Shown here: positions 27,333 through 39,562 of the stretch, piece by piece | Numbering within the stretch: position 1 is the stretch's first letter | Layout of the letters: every line of letters starts with the position of its first letter | Source: Trichoplax sp. H2 | Taxonomy: Eukaryota | DNA: 64,000 bases | NCBI GenBank assembly: GCA_003344405.1 | Contig: NOWV01000015.1 | Span: 558,001-622,000, forward strand | Reading direction: 5' to 3' | The notes under the pieces: model-generated | The model's input: only the letters and a program-made list of their open reading frames with translations | What the model was told of the DNA's origin: nothing | Databases searched by the model: none | Program-made: the position numbers and the translations under genes

Positions 27333-30300
27333 TCATGTTTCTGATTTAGTAGTACTACTCTCTTTTGCTCGATATTTCTTGTCATTTATTAGAGCTGTAC
27401 TTAATTCCGATAGAGTTATTTTCTCCTTAGCATGAATCTTCCTCTTTGACATAATAACACTTGCTAGGGAAGCACTTAAACCGGTTGGACTGTCAGAATG
27501 ATGGAATGAGGTAAAAGATTCTGTTTTTTGTTCTTCCTGCTTGACTTTTGTAGAAGAGCCGTTGCTTTCCACGTTATCTGCAACCGATTTACTTACACTT
27601 TTCTCAACATTGGCTTTATCCACTGATTCAGAATTTTTGTTGTCCTTGGATATTTGAGATTTTCCATCACAAGCCGATACACTACTTAAGCAATCCGATA
27701 AAAGAACAGCCATAGGCTGCGTTATATCTCCCATGCCGATTTTAGGGGCAACAGTTTTTTTTGAAGATTTGGCAACATTATCAGTGCATAACGGATCTAA
27801 TTTTAATTTCTTTCTGGCACTAAATCTTTTACTGCCTTTATCGGAATCAGATTCAACCTTTGTTGCTACCGTAGATGCAGTCGTTGAATCAGTTGGTGAT
27901 TCTTTTACAGTTTTTTTATTACCTAATTGTATCAATAAACTGTCAATAGATTCTCCAAGATACGCTATGGACTATGCTTTTATAGTAGAAAGATAAACCA
28001 GATTATCAATACCAACCAGTCTTTGGCGGAGTGGATTTTATAGAGTCCTTGGACAAGTTGGGACTTGGCCTTTTCCGCTTTCTTTGATTGTTAGGTTTTG
28101 TAACAGGATTTGAATAGTTTTCATCATTTATGCCACGTCGAGTCAAGGTTCGACTGAGGAATTCAGCGATTTCATTCTACCAAGCAAAAGCATGAATACG
28201 CGTATTAAAGCAACGTAAATATTTCTACAGATATATAGGCAGTCTTACTTGAATCATTTTATCTGCAATCGTCTGCGTGACACATTCTCGCCTTTTAACC
28301 TGATGACTAAGTCGAAGCTATAAAGTCAAGCATAAAAATTTAAGTCAATGAGTGATGTGGATCAATTTGATCATAGATAATAAAACCTATTGTAGATCAA
28401 TTTGGTCACAGCTAATAAAGTCTACCTGTTCATCAGCACCACCAACGATGAATAAACTAGTATTTGCACTCATATTTTGTCTCAATTCCTATCAATATCA
28501 TAACATCACTAAAACCAATTTTTCATGTACATATATAAGCTATACCGAATAATGTTAACCTTTGTAGACAGAATATTGTCAACAATAATTATCGCATAAA
28601 ATAATTATTTCCCTCCGCATTAACTTATAATGAACAGAAACTGCGGGTAGCAATACCTCTATATCGTCTGGTGAAGATGCTCGTGATTCTGTACCAACTA
28701 CAAATAAGGTTGGTGTTGTAAGAGCTAGAACTGGATCTTCGATATCCTAATTAGTTCGGACACGTTTAATGAATCAATTTTAAATACACTGTATCAGATA
28801 ATTATTAAACTAACGACACAATCAAATTCAGACTAAAACATGATCGCAAAATACTGAAAAGTGACGATATACAAGATTTATCAATGAAATTACCCCTCTC
28901 ATGCCATCTAGCCCTACTGTTGGAAAACCTAAACAAATTACACCCTCGATAGATTCTATTATAGCAACCTGTAATCAAATGCAAATCAACCATCAAATCC
29001 TTGGAATAAATAATATTACAAGTGCAATAGGAATCCTCAATTTAACTGCAGTACCCTGCAAGCAACAGCTGCTCCGGCACACCAGCCAGCTAAGACAATA
29101 GGACGTTTTGGAAAGTGACACTTTAACTGTAATCAATCAATAGGAATTTTATTTCAAATAGTTATAATTATTAACTTTAAAAGCATCTGAAGGAAACAGT
29201 ATTATTGCGTAAACGTAATTCACCTCCAATATTTTGGTTCTAACCGCTCCAATCATATGGTCCAGACATTGAGATACGTTTACATTCTTAGTAGAATGTA
29301 TGGTAATTGGAACGACTTTACCGCACGTCGATAAATGGCTTTGCCAGGCGCGCAGCCTTCGAGAAGTAGAGTTTGATGGTTGCGTAGGGCCGTTGGGAAC
29401 AAGCAAAAGGAGGGGGGTGTTTAGTTCCTTATTCTGAATAGAAAAAAAAGTCCTTAAAATCTGGATGTCCCACGTTGGAAGCAAATACTCTAAGATACTA
29501 ACCGATAAGAAAGATTTGTGTTGATTGACAGTGCCAACCAAAGGATCCCATTTACGGTTTAACAACAACTGTAAAGCTTCGCTTCCAGTCGGATTCTGAC
29601 AATCGGACGCATACATACCAATTAATTTGTCAACCATTGAAGGGCACTGCCAGATGGAAAAAAAGTTTAACTCGTTAAAACGAATGTGAAATTTTTCGGC
29701 ATTACTCGACCAGAGTTGTAAAGCCAAGAAGTTTATTACCTTAGCCCGCAGTGTCTGTAAAATATCTAGATAATCAGATAAGTAAGTAGTAGAGAGATTG
29801 TCCATCAATAGTGTATGCAGCCATAACAATAGCTTAGGATCCTAGAAGTGAAGCATACTTTTAGAGGTAAAACAAGCATTGCAGCCAAATAGAAAATATA
29901 TCTCAACGATAATTGTAAGTCCTACAACAGTACATAGCAGTGTTTAAGATTATTACAATCATTCCAATACTATGGTATTATAAAGTATTTTTCTTGCACT
30001 ATGTCGCACTGTATCACTGAAATAATCTATTTCAATACTGTGATATTCAGTGGCAATAACTTTGAAGAGATGAAATAACTTACCCATCGTATAAGAGCAA
30101 ATATTTGTCGCACATTCCTCGCTGCTTTGTCAATACAATTCCTCCGTAGTATAGGTTCGTTGGCAGTCTAGAAAATAATAGAATAGGCTTGTAAGATAAT
30201 ATCTTTCCATACTTGCGAACTTTATCCTATGGAAACAGCTACTATTACCGTTTCGCAAGCTAATTTTGCCAACCGACATGAGTTGATTGACCGACTGACT

Positions 30301-31395
30301 TTATCGAATAATTGATTTTGTCGAAATGTCCATCCCGTTCTTTTGCGTAAGTTATCATATTTAACAGAATAGATGGAAAAAAAAGTATATTAATCCTTGT
30401 ATTATTCAATCCTCGCAATCCTATCATTCAATGATAAATCGTTGTATTAGTTTACTCTACAAGTAAACAATAAGATGATCTGCAGTCAAGCTTGAATCCG
30501 AAATATCTAAAAATCACTACGACTACAATCATTCATTGAATAAGAAAAAGAGAAATATGCCAACGATACTATCTAATATTCCAGGAATAATTGAATCAAG
30601 ACCATCGTAACGTCTTATTTTCTTTACTCTACGTGTATATTTGAACGTGCGTATAAGAAACATGAGAATAAATGCGCACTGATCATTGTTTTGTCATTGC
30701 CTTTGCTGCACTTGTTCCTCCTATACAGTATACACGTCCAGCTGTACTTTTTGGATAAAGGTTTGGATAGAAAATGATTGAACTGATATGCTATAAAGTA
30801 GAAGAGTAGTTGATAACTACATCCATCTTCTACTGCCAGTCTACAGTACGTTCCATCATGCGTTATCACTCCTGTTCCTTCCTTGGCTAATCATGTCTCG
30901 AATCGACGCGAAAAATACAGCAGTCTATGGCCTATATTGCAATATACCCTTGCAGGCAAGTCTCACACTACTGTCTGCTGTAGGACTAGGTATCGACAGT
31001 GATTATCACTTATTGTACCGACCGACCTAAGGCTCAATTTACCTAGGAATATCGTCAATATCGTCATAAAGTGGTTTTGCTCGTTTAGCCACTACGAGGC
31101 CAATATGTTTCTCACACTCTGACATGACATTTCGCGCTTTGGCAACATCGTAGTAACTGGAGCTTAAATGCCTATTCATTTCTACCCTGCCATCGATGGT
31201 GACATCGTCCGAGGAACTTCTCGAATCATGAGAATAAAACTTGGGCACAAAAATAGATTTAGCCGGTCGATTTGAATTATATCCAGGATGAGGTATCCAC
31301 GATTTGGAATAAGAATGATCTAGTAAAATAACTTTGATATCAGCCACGATTTCTCGTTTGCCTTTGCTCGTGGACAGTGAGTTTTTGCCCGCCAT
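27333..31395 (-). CDS. KANSL3: KAT8 regulatory NSL complex subunit 3, ~13 exons
   Basis: LLDHSYSKSW..HP, YDVAKARNVMSECEKH, RTGWTFRQNQLFDK, RLAKLA..NEPILRRNCIDKAA, LWLHTLLMDNLS..YLDILQTLRAK, LLNRKWDP, RRLRAWQSHLSTCGKV, CLDHMIGAVRTK, FPKRPIVLAGW, VICLGFP, GGADEQLRL. The start codon is uncertain. Confidence 0.9.
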
Positions 31396-31983
31396 GACTG
31401 CGTCAGCCAAGCTCTTGATAATAGTAGACTAGTAGTAGGGTAGGCTTCCACCAGCAAGTCGTGCTGCAACAGTATGTTAGTCAGTCACAGTCTGCGACTC
31501 TACTCTAGTTCAAAATACTTTTTTTAAACTACTGAACGCAACACTATACTGTTTATACTGACTACGCACGCGTATGTGGACAAACGGATTAACGAGCTTG
31601 CGTCAGACACAGACTACTGTACGGACGGTACAGTCATGGTCTACTAGACGAAGCATACAGTACAGTACTGTATTGGCCAAAACTACATCATCGACTCATC
31701 GAGAATTTGATACCCACAAATTTGCGTATTTCTAAAATAATCCGTATAGTATAGTATTCCTTTTTCATAGTTTAAATACCTGTATCCGTTGAGATGTATA
31801 GATTTTAGAGTCGTTTTGATAGCTTAAAGTGTATTAATATTATCGTCACGGTCACCTCTTGCTTCGCCATTTCCGATAGGACTACTGTACTACTGCATCT
31901 ATAGTACTGTACTGTGTGGCCTAGATGGGCGACACCATTTTTAGTTACGAACAATACTTACACTATCATCGGGGATTAAAATC

Positions 31984-32012
31984 ATGTCACCCTGCCAAAT
32001 GCTAGGTGACAT
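31984..32012. promoter_or_regulatory. Inverted repeat ATGTCACC-N13-GGTGACAT in the KANSL3/THOC1 divergent intergenic region
   Basis: Arms at 31984-31991 and 32005-32012. The same arms occur at 42733-42796 upstream of iPGM. A regulatory role is inference. Confidence 0.45.
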
Positions 32013-32316
32013 TATTTAAGTCAACATACTTTATTCTAGCCTATAGTTTGTAACAAAGCGATGTCACCTTCGTTACAGTCTAGCTTCCCTACAGTGTACA
32101 ATGTACATTGGACGCCGCGACTGTAAGTACTGTACTGTACACTGTGCAGCTCTCCCTTTTACTAGTCATCGACCCCTATAACGTGGTCTACTTCTATTGC
32201 TGCTATGGGGTGTTTGCACAAGTAGTGCAAAACTGTCTACAGTAGATTGCTAGAAACTAGTTGGCAGATTCGGATATCTGCTACTCGTTGCGTTCGTAGT
32301 CTTTAATCGGAGGAAG

Positions 32317-34131
32317 ATGAAGGGCGAGCTCGTAACTTTCGATGAATTAAGGCATCAATTAGTGGATTGCTTACGCCATGAATGCGAGCAAAGTGAAGAA
32401 ACAACCATTACCAAAACTAAGCAGATCCTTGCTAATCATGAGAATAACGTCAGTGAAAGTAAAAGTGCCATTGATCAAGCATTCCGAGATCTACTGAAAG
32501 AATTGATCGTGCAAAAGCAAAAGGGCACCGATGACAACCAGGTCAAAATTGACGATCTCACTTGGCTAATTAAGATATCGACGATATGTGCCAAATCAGG
32601 TTTAGCATCAGTTTCCTTGCCATTTATTCTTTTAGTAGATATCTTCGATTGTTTGACCCTTCGTGTATGTCAACGCATGTTTGGCTATGTGGAGAAAGAA
32701 ATGCAAACCTGGAAAGATACCGCTTTCGACGCCATGGGTAAAGTATATATCTTACGCATGTGTAATGATCTCCTTCGACGGTTATCGCGTTCCCAAGATA
32801 CCATCTTTTGTGGCCAAATTCGATTATTTCTCAGTCGTTATTTTCCGCTCGATGAACGCTCGGGCTTAAATGTCATGAGTCATTTCAATGTGGATAATGT
32901 GACGAGTTATACAAAGCGTGACATGGTTGACTCTCAGACAGCCTCCGCCGAAGGGGTGATGGATGTTGAAGACGGAGAAATAAGTGAAGGGGATGATGAC
33001 GAAAAAAAAGCCGAGAAAAATAAAACACCCATTGATTACAATCTCTACTATCGTTTTTGGTCATTGCAAGACTTTTTCAGTAATCCTAATTTATGCTATT
33101 CCAATTCGGGTTGGAATGCACTCACGACTAGTAGTCGTGTCGTTTTGGATGTTTTCAAAAGCTACAAGCTAGAAGCTCTTACAAGTAATAAAAGTACAAA
33201 AACAGACAACGATAATCCGTCCGATCAGGATGGGATGGAAATATCGGACTCATGTGACAATGCTATGGATGTCTCCAATCGCTATTTTGCTAAATTTTTA
33301 ACCAACGAAAAGCTATTAGATTTGCAGCTCAATGATAGCCAATTTAGAAGAACAATACTTATACAATTTCTAATCTTGTTTCAATATTTGACCAGTACGG
33401 TCAAATTTAGACCAACTAGCTGCACTATTTCAGAAAGGCAGCAACAGTGGATTGAAAGATCAACCAAATTGGTATACCAACTTTTAGAAGAGACGCCTCC
33501 TGGAGGGAAACAATTTGTAAAGTTAGTTCGTGAGATATTATCGCGCGAAGAATATTGGAGTAAATGGAAAAATGATGGCTGTCCTAGTTTTGTTCGCCCA
33601 GGCGTTTCAACTGAAAGTAGCGATAGCTCTTCCGCACCTCGTAAGAAACGTAAAATTAGTAGGCATTATTCTCCTACTTCTCACAAGATCGAGCTTGGAA
33701 ATCCGGAGCTAACACGATTATGGAATTTATCAACTGATAATTTATCTGCATGTAAAATGAGTGGTGAAAAATTTACGCCTACTATCAAAGATTTTTTCGA
33801 AGAAGCGATAGAACAGTGCGATCCAGAAGCTCAAGTAGAGGAAGAATATAAATTAGTCAATAACTTAGTTTTTCGTTGGCGTTCATTTCGTATCTTGGCT
33901 GTACAAAGTTCTATCATATTTCCCACAAGTTCTTCTACTCCGTCTTCAACCACAAGTAAAGCAGACTTCCTAGCTGGTGCTCTAGCAGAAATGGCTAAGG
34001 AATCGAAAGATAAAAAGCCTGTAGAGTCAGATAGCGTAGAAGGAGAGAGTATCGTAGCGGATGATTCTACTACACCATTAGCAATTAAAGAAGAATTAGA
34101 AGATGATGATAAATTAACTGACGGAGACTAA
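32317..34131 (+). CDS. THOC1: THO complex subunit 1 (HPR1/p84), intronless, 604 aa
   Basis: LPFILLVDIFDCLTL, LRMCNDLLRRLSRSQDTIFCGQIRLFLSRYFPLDERSGLN, PIDYNLYYRFWSLQDFF, YFAKFLTNEKLLDLQLNDSQFRR, EEYWSKWKNDGCP, LGNPELTRLWN, FFEEAIEQCDPEAQVEEEYK. Confidence 0.96.
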   Translation: MKGELVTFDELRHQLVDCLRHECEQSEETTITKTKQILANHENNVSESKSAIDQAFRDLLKELIVQKQKGTDDNQVKIDDLTWLIKISTICAKSGLASVSLPFILLVDIFDCLTLRVCQRMFGYVEKEMQTWKDTAFDAMGKVYILRMCNDLLRRLSRSQDTIFCGQIRLFLSRYFPLDERSGLNVMSHFNVDNVTSYTKRDMVDSQTASAEGVMDVEDGEISEGDDDEKKAEKNKTPIDYNLYYRFWSLQDFFSNPNLCYSNSGWNALTTSSRVVLDVFKSYKLEALTSNKSTKTDNDNPSDQDGMEISDSCDNAMDVSNRYFAKFLTNEKLLDLQLNDSQFRRTILIQFLILFQYLTSTVKFRPTSCTISERQQQWIERSTKLVYQLLEETPPGGKQFVKLVREILSREEYWSKWKNDGCPSFVRPGVSTESSDSSSAPRKKRKISRHYSPTSHKIELGNPELTRLWNLSTDNLSACKMSGEKFTPTIKDFFEEAIEQCDPEAQVEEEYKLVNNLVFRWRSFRILAVQSSIIFPTSSSTPSSTTSKADFLAGALAEMAKESKDKKPVESDSVEGESIVADDSTTPLAIKEELEDDDKLTDGD

Positions 34132-36427
34132 TGTTAAGACAATGAGGAAATTTCGTTATCATCGTATTGACTGATTGATATCATAATTATGATCAATGAT
34201 TGCGCAGATGGATTGTACATAACCCATTGCTATGTTATATTGATGACTTTATCTACAAATAATACAGTTCAGTAATGTTGAGCCTACACTTGTAAAATCT
34301 AATTATGGTTGAAGGTTGTATGTGTAACTTAACGGATGGTGAAATAAGTGGCAAAGTTTATAGCAATAGACCTAATGTAATCTGTCCCTGCATCAACTCT
34401 TTTCACAGAGAATAAGAATTACTTATTCCTGTACTGTATATTTATTCCAATTGAGCAGCTATCGTAGAATAAGCCACTGCTTTCCTAGAAGTTATTGCAG
34501 CCATTGATATCTATATACAGCAAATGTTATTTTTTCCGTTGAGAATAGTGTAACGGTAATGCCACCCTCTGTTCGTTAACTGCCTATGTGAACCTTACAT
34601 CGATCTTAAGACTATAGAGCAGTACAGAGATGTTCTTTGACTACTACTGATCTCTGTTATAATTGCTGCTGCTGTAGCATTTAGTCTCCATCGAACAACA
34701 TGAAATCATTTTTACATGATGAAATTGTATAACGTGTCGAGAATGACACTTTATGTTGGTCTTTGTTAAAAATGATCGAATTTGATACCTAGTTAGTAGT
34801 GTAACGTAGTTCATAAATAATATTGTACATTCTACACTATGCGTATGTTGATGTCATACAAAAAAATTATGCCAAATTAGCACATTTACTCATAGCCGTC
34901 TACTACGACGTGTAAATGCTAAGTCTTTACGTTTATTCAATACCCTCTTGTGATTCAGCGCCACTATTATCGACCCAATAAATCGTCTCTAAATAAAATT
35001 TTGGGTATTTCGACTTAGCTTTCTTCGTCTGCACTGTATTTATACCGCATTACTCGTATGTACCATTGTACATGCCATCATCCTCGTCGGGTTCGTTATC
35101 GATTAGTTATACGAATATAGTTAGAGTGTTCGGCTAGTATTAAAATTTCAATGTTTATTCAGAAAGATGACCGATATCATGAACTGTTAAATTACAAATT
35201 GGTATTCCATGCCGATACCACTCATACCAGGGACTACTAAAAGAAGAAAGAGGGGGACAGAGAACTATCGTTCAGTATACTGAAAATGAGGAAGCTGACT
35301 ATTTTGCTATGATTGTCATCCAAATTCGCCGCTTGGTTGCTTTTTTGCAGTGTAGTATATGGTTTCGGTGGTAGCGAGCGTATAGTAAATGACCAGAAAA
35401 GTGATAAGCCCCTTCATTATTTTGCACTGAACAGCCGCTAGGCGTCCCTCTTACTAAAATCCCGGCCGATACACGGAAGAAGCGATCTCATATAAACTTG
35501 GAATGTATACTTGCCATTTTTTTATGCAATTTCTTAGAAGTATTTACAGCACAGTCACTACGGAATTTAGATTGGTAAAATAGGTCTGACTATCGAAAAG
35601 ATACAGCTGCGACCTACAAGTATTTGAGAATGTAATTCGAGTAAGTAGACGTGTACGATTTCTGACTTAACAAGGGTAGTGTTCATATACTCTAGGAGCG
35701 CCCTTTCTAAAGAAAATTTTAAAGTATGCTTAGCTACTATATCGAGACCTTTTATTCTTCGATATTAGCACTGGTTTAATAAGATTGCAATTTCCTCTCG
35801 GGAATAGAGAAAGCAATACGATCTTAATCTAATCTTACACGCTATAGGTTCAGATCAGAAATTGAAAGGGCTTCAGACCATTATGAATCTATTATGTTGA
35901 TTAGATCACTAGCACTATAATTCAGTTACTGACATAATTTTTCATCTAACGAAGACATGCAGGCTCGATGCGGGCAAATCAAGTTCCAATGTACAATGTA
36001 CTTTAGTGTAAATAATAATATTATTTTATAAGCGTATACGCATATACTCGTATAGAGATATCCAGATTAATTCAAAAATTACAAGGGGTCTACTGCTTAT
36101 CATGAGATTTATTAGAGATCATTCTTGTACAATATTCAATTTTATTATCTAAAAGTAGGTGATCGATGGTATGTGAATGATATGGCATTTCAAATAAACA
36201 CTCATCATTATACGTTTACAACATCAGCTTAAGTTATCATATATCATATATAATTTACAACTAGATCATCATGAATACTAGGAATTAGAAATAGCAATCA
36301 ACCTCCAGGGTGACTATGTGTAACCGTATACAGAAGTATGAATATTAGGATGATGCAAAGATATTGATTGAGATGATTAGCGAACCATTAATAATTATTA
36401 TTATAGGGTTAATTAATGCCAATTACA

Positions 36428-38765
36428 CTAGAATAATTTAGCAACAACAAGACCAAATATCGTGATCAACAAATGCGTCATGGTAAAAATACTATGAGCG
36501 CCACCCTTTAATGGTGGCTTGTTTTGTGAACATTTGCTTCCATCAATACAAACTCTCCTAATGGTTACAAATGGCGTTGAAGCGTGCTTACTTATAGCAT
36601 AACTATTTTTGTTGTAGTTACCACCAATGGCAAATATGAAATAGTGACATCCATGTAAAGTCTTATCATTCTGTGTATCTGTAGTATTAATTTTACGATA
36701 GAAATTTAATAAAGTTACGCCGTTTACTAAAGATCCATTGACTAAATTGACATTTCCAATGGCATCGACAGCTGGTGGGGCATAGCCATTTACAAAACGA
36801 TCTTTCAAGGATGGTATTCCACTCGAAACCCATCCAACGATAGCATCGGTATTGGGCATCTTGGTATCGTCGGAGATACCTAAGGCAATCCATTTATCTG
36901 TTTTTGCAGACATGGAAAAGTGGACAGTGCCATCATTGTAAACGTTCCAATTCAAGTTGTTGACGCACGCTCCTGCAGCACATCCAGTGCCCCAGCTGCC
37001 AGCGCAATTACCCGTGGTTAATTTAGTGCCACCATAAAAGTTAAGCGATTGACGACCGCGATTTTGATAACCATGGTATTTTAGCTCATCGTCTCCGTAG
37101 TAATCATTCGCACGATGTGAGTTAACTAAGCCAGATGGAAACTGATGCGAGAATGGTGATTTCTGTCCATAGGCATAAATGACATCCATAATGGTATCTT
37201 TGATTTCATGATCGGTTTGACCGTCAGCTGTTAGCTTTTTACGCCATCTTAAAGTTGTAATACCATTGACCTCAGAACCAACGGCAGCAGTGATGCTGTC
37301 CGTTTCACCGTAATAGGCATCCATTCGTGGTGTACTACGATCACGAGAATAGTAATCAAATAATCTGAAAGTGTTACCGCGAGCACTACCAATGACCATA
37401 TCCATGCAGTCCATAGGATGGCTTACAGGGCCGCCAGCAGCACCACCGCCTTCGGAGTTGCCACCTTCGCCTTCCGGCTTGGTAGTGCCTTCGCCTTCTG
37501 GTTTGGTAGTACCTTCTGCGTTGCCTTCTGGTTTGGTTGTACCTTCTGCATTGCCTTCTGGTTTGGTTGTACCTTCTGCATTGCCTTCTGGTGCTGCAGT
37601 GCCCTCTGGTTTGCTTGTACCTTCTGCAGCTGCAGTACCTTCAGCTGCTGCAGTACCTTCAGCTGCTGCAGTACCTTCTGCATGCTGCAGTACCTTCAGC
37701 TGCTGCAGTACCTTCAGCTGCTGCAGTACCTTCTGCATTGCCTTCTGGTTTAGTAGTACCTTCAGCGTTACCTTCTGGATTACCTTCAGCATTACCTTCA
37801 GGTCTGCCTCCAGGTCCAATCAAAAGGCCAGCTGCAGCTCCAGCGGGAAATAATTGGCACGATGCTCGCAATCCCTGTGGTCGCCAACCGAGAGCAGCCC
37901 AACTCTTGGTTGTGGTTTTATGAATAACTTCGACTTCACTGGATGCACTGATTATTTTATACCAAATCTCGCTATTGGTATCTAATTTACTATAGGTATA
38001 TGAAGAGGTATCGCTTGGCATAGCCGTTGTTAGCGAACTTGTTTTGGCGCACTTATAACCGTATGCACCAGCATTGCAAAAGCATTGCTTCAAAGGATAG
38101 TAATAATCTTGATTGATGGCGATACATTGACCTTTATTGTTGCAATCTGCATTGGTTTCACATTCATTTGTATATTGGCAACGGTCTCCACTAGACATGC
38201 TATTGCTGCACGTGCATGATGGAGAAGCATTATTACAGTTGGAAGGCATACTACCGCCGTTGTAGCAATCGAGTTGAGTACATTGGAAATTTTTGATTTC
38301 GACATCAGCGCAACTCCAGAAGATATAAGGTCCGCTGGTTGTGACCCATTCTCTGGCATTTCGTGTTAATCGCAAAATGCAGTGATCGCAAGTAAAACCG
38401 CTCGGTAGCATAGCCAAATAATTTTGAACCGTGTTATTATTGGCTGAAAACCATGGCGTACCAGAACTGGTTGGTGTTAATTCGTGAGCAATAGTGCCGT
38501 TGCGATGCAAAATTTGGATGCGGAAACCACCACCATGGGGGAAAGCCATATGCCAAGTTACATCGACAGCTGAGCCAGTCATTAATTTAGTTTTATAGAC
38601 ACCTTTCCCGGTAGCATTTTCAGGCATACCACACGGACTACGCGTTCTGACATTGTCTAAAAAGTCCAAATCGAACATTCTTGCTTTAGGAAAACTCAAG
38701 CGAATATGTGCGTCGACAGCAGTTAAGGCCACTAGGCCTAACAAGATAAGACTCAATGTTTTCAT
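36428..38765 (-). CDS. Secreted/GPI-anchored protein: LPMO-like His-brace domain + 2 EGF-like + 2 DOMON domains; one +1 frameshift near 37683 (778 aa if corrected)
   Basis: ORFs 37659-38765 and 36428-37819 join in frame if one base is removed from a 19-nt variant of an 18-nt repeat unit (37673-37691). Features: signal peptide ending VDA|H, EGF-type Cys patterns, DOMON motifs WAALGW..PMDCMDMVIG..KYHG and WIALGIS..KMPNTDAIVG..ISKH, and a hydrophobic C-terminal tail. Confidence 0.8.
37440..37810 (-). repeat. Coding minisatellite with 18-nt (AEGTAA) and 30-nt (PEGNAEGTTK) units
   Basis: Repeated accttcagctgctgcagt and ttgccttctggtttggttgtaccttctgca on the + strand. Confidence 0.95.
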
Positions 38766-39562
38766 TGCCTTTTTAGTCTTGATTTCGTGAGCAAACTACA
38801 ATTGAGTAGCAGTAAAATCGCTGATTCTAATAACGGTAAAGAAGAAGGAACTTTTTTCTACTTCAGTTGTATCCACTGAGATGACAACACAAATAATGCT
38901 CGAAAACTGTCCAGATCGATCTTATTTATCCTTTTTTATTGTTCTTACGGAGGAAAATATCATCCGTGTCTTGGTACCTATTGATTAATTCCACCAATAA
39001 CAAAAGTAAAAAAAACAATATGGATAATGCACCGAATTCAAGCTAACGAATTTCACCTTCGACACCTAGTTACTTAGTAACACCTTGACAGTAGAGAGGT
39101 TACTATGACTCGGTAAATTGCAGGGCTAGTGCTAGCGTTGGTCGAGAAATAATATAATCGAAGGGGCAAATGAAGGCTAGCCTCTAAAAGTACAAGGTGT
39201 AAACAATAGATTGAATGATTGGATGCAGTAACTATGCTAACAAATTGGATAATGAAGCAGCGCTTTCTTTGACGTCATTTCTTCTCGGTTTAAACGACAG
39301 AAGATTGTTAACAATGTACTTAATTATAATAATGATTATAATATTCATTATTATCATTGAATCTTATTTTTTTTCCATCTATTCAACTTTACCCTTAAAA
39401 GGCCATCGTACCATGCAAGGATATCGTATAGTAGGCACGGACTAATACTGGCATCGGTAGGGGAGAAGATTGCTAGAGTACAGTATTTAAGGCAATGGTA
39501 TCATCCAAATTAAAAACAGTAAACGACAAAAGAGAAGCTTAAAGGATGAATCATAAGCTAAA

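Noticed and set aside
37371-37923. Overlapping ORFs 37371-37853, 37418-37753, 37423-37683 and 37537-37923
   Set aside because: They are alternative-frame or antisense shadows of the stop-free coding minisatellite.
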